Positions 50,160 to 51,817 of a stretch of 51,817 nt of DNA are shown here, in pieces. A model generated the notes under the pieces. That model was given only the letters and a program-made list of their open reading frames with translations, was not told where the DNA came from and made no database searches. Every line of letters begins with the position of its first letter. Position 1 is the first letter of the stretch. The position numbers and the translations under genes are program-made. The stretch is from the sequence record SRR20825010_5515; one strand, written 5' to 3'.

Positions 50160-51737
50160 ATGAAGATTTTTTTTTCGCTGGCCCTCCTTATAGGATTGCT
50201 GATTTCTTGTTCCGGTAACAAAAAGGAATCGCAGACTTTGGAATATAAAGAGCCAACTGCTACCAATTTGCCTGGGAATCGCTTGGCAGAAATCCACTGT
50301 TCCGGTTGTCATCTCTTTGTTAAACCAGAATTGTTGCCAAGGTCCAGTTGGAAAAACGATGTACTTCCATCAATGGGTCATCGATTGGGGATGTACAAAG
50401 GTAATCTGCGCCCGGATAGTCTCTTTGACAATGGTAGGAGCGGAGAAGTGGTTAAAAAGGCCAATATCTTTCCAGAAAGACCTCTAATTGCCCGCGCAGA
50501 TTGGAACAAAATAGTAGACTATTACCTTAACAATGCACCGGATACCATTTTACCGCCTAAAAGGGCCAATAAAATTAAAATGGGCCTAAAGCATTTTAAA
50601 ATCAAGGAGTCTGGCTTTTCCCAGACTCCAGCCCTGACCACTATGGTGAAAATCCTTCCAGAAAATGGGGGAGTGGTATTTGCAGATAGTAAGCGGAATA
50701 TAAATAGCCTGACATTCCTGGACAAAGATCTTGAGAAGGATATAGTACTAGGACTTAAGACGGCCCCTATCCACTATTACGAAAAATACGACACCATTTA
50801 TTTGACAACCGCTGGCAAAAACATTTTCCCCAATGATGTGTCGGATGGGGCTTTACAAAAATTATTTTCTAAGGGAACTGCAGGTTCATACACTGCCAAG
50901 GAGGTGATTCCAAATTTACAAAGGCCGGTCAATATGGCTTATGGGGACTTAAGTAACGATGGGTTGGAAGACGTTGTAGCCTGTGAATACGGCAATGAAA
51001 CAGGGAAATTGGTTTGGTACGAAAACAAGGGGGGTGATAAATACACCATGAGGACGTTGGATAACAGACCAGGTGCCATTTCCGCAGTGATAAAGGATGC
51101 CAATGGGGATGGTCTACAAGATATTTTTGTGCTTATGGCTCAAGGGGATGAAGGTGTTTTTTATTATCAAAATCAGGGCGATGGCACGTTTACTACCAAA
51201 AGATTGCTCTCTTTTCTTCCACTTAATGGTTCCCAATATATAGAGTTGGTAGATTTTAATAAGGATGGCTTGGATGATATATTATATGTATGTGGGGATA
51301 ATGCGGACAAAACGCCCATATTAAAGGAATATCACGGTATCTATATATTTCTGAACGATGGAGATCTGAATTTTAAGAAATCCTATTTCTACCATTTAAA
51401 CGGGGCTTATAAAGCCATGCCCAGGGATTATGATTTGGATGGAGATCTGGATATTGCGGCAATTTCTTTTTTTCCTGATTATGTGGGTTCCCCAGAGGAA
51501 AGTTTTGTGTATCTGGAAAATAAAGGGGATATGAAATTTGAGGATTATTCCTTTTCGGAGTCGATCAATGGTCGATGGATCGTTATGGACGCGGAGGATA
51601 TGGATGCTGATGGCGACATTGACTTGGCTCTAGGATCTTTTGTGTATTTTCTTCCGTTAGGAGATACCACTGGTCTGGGCCAAAAATGGCTATCCGAAGG
51701 ACCGTCAATAATAGTATTGGAAAATACCACTAAGTAA
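50160..51737 (+). CDS. FG-GAP/VCBS repeat lipoprotein with an N-terminal CxxCH heme-c motif
   Basis: Lipobox LISC; CSGCH; DLSNDGLED, DANGDGLQD, DFNKDGLDD, DYDLDGDLD, DMDADGDID repeats. Confidence 0.85.
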   Translation: MKIFFSLALLIGLLISCSGNKKESQTLEYKEPTATNLPGNRLAEIHCSGCHLFVKPELLPRSSWKNDVLPSMGHRLGMYKGNLRPDSLFDNGRSGEVVKKANIFPERPLIARADWNKIVDYYLNNAPDTILPPKRANKIKMGLKHFKIKESGFSQTPALTTMVKILPENGGVVFADSKRNINSLTFLDKDLEKDIVLGLKTAPIHYYEKYDTIYLTTAGKNIFPNDVSDGALQKLFSKGTAGSYTAKEVIPNLQRPVNMAYGDLSNDGLEDVVACEYGNETGKLVWYENKGGDKYTMRTLDNRPGAISAVIKDANGDGLQDIFVLMAQGDEGVFYYQNQGDGTFTTKRLLSFLPLNGSQYIELVDFNKDGLDDILYVCGDNADKTPILKEYHGIYIFLNDGDLNFKKSYFYHLNGAYKAMPRDYDLDGDLDIAAISFFPDYVGSPEESFVYLENKGDMKFEDYSFSESINGRWIVMDAEDMDADGDIDLALGSFVYFLPLGDTTGLGQKWLSEGPSIIVLENTTK

Positions 51738-51788
51738 ATCAATTATATTAGGTCAGAATTGTAATATCCAATTCCATTTATTTTTTTT

Positions 51789-51817
51789 GACCACTGACCA
51801 CTGACCACTGACCACTG
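51789..51817. repeat. (GACCACT)n heptamer repeat running off the window edge
   Basis: Four perfect units plus a partial unit. Confidence 0.85.

Noticed and set aside
1-51817. CRISPR arrays, tRNA/rRNA, IS transposases, integrase
   Set aside because: No regularly spaced repeats, RNA gene signatures or recombinase/transposase motifs were recognised by eye.

Overview
Chromosomal window from a marine-type Flavobacteriaceae (Bacteroidetes), inferred from gldF/gldG, SusC/SusD and TAnnTTTG promoters. Left (1-19300): MFS transporter, PhnA-family protein, IorAB-like molybdo-oxidoreductase and an ECF sigma/FecR/SusC/SusD locus whose only enzymes are three sulfatases, the third broken by one in-frame TAA. 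A small secreted protein with a sigma54-type promoter and an orphan 4HB sensor follow. Middle (~19350-35180): an accessory region downstream of mnmE, divided by diverged copies of the last 18 bp of mnmE (F-C-I/V-G-K-stop) at 33657-33674 and 24354-24371 and by a core-deleted copy near 19400. Each copy sits beside a conserved TGAGGTAC-containing arm, and no integrase is visible. The modules are (1) fic alone, with twin palindromic operators; (2) a TPR-AraC regulon plus hydrolases, a PH-domain protein and DUF5916; (3) a vanadium haloperoxidase with LytS/LytTR and decayed TBDR and sigma remnants. Right (35180-51817): core genes mnmE, dnaN, gldGF, ABM, a DUF62-like protein, phoH, purC, a DUF294/exonuclease pair, a Csp-like copper-storage protein, an SLC13 permease and a heme-c FG-GAP lipoprotein. 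No rRNA, tRNA or CRISPR array was seen. All calls come from reading motifs by eye; no searches were run.
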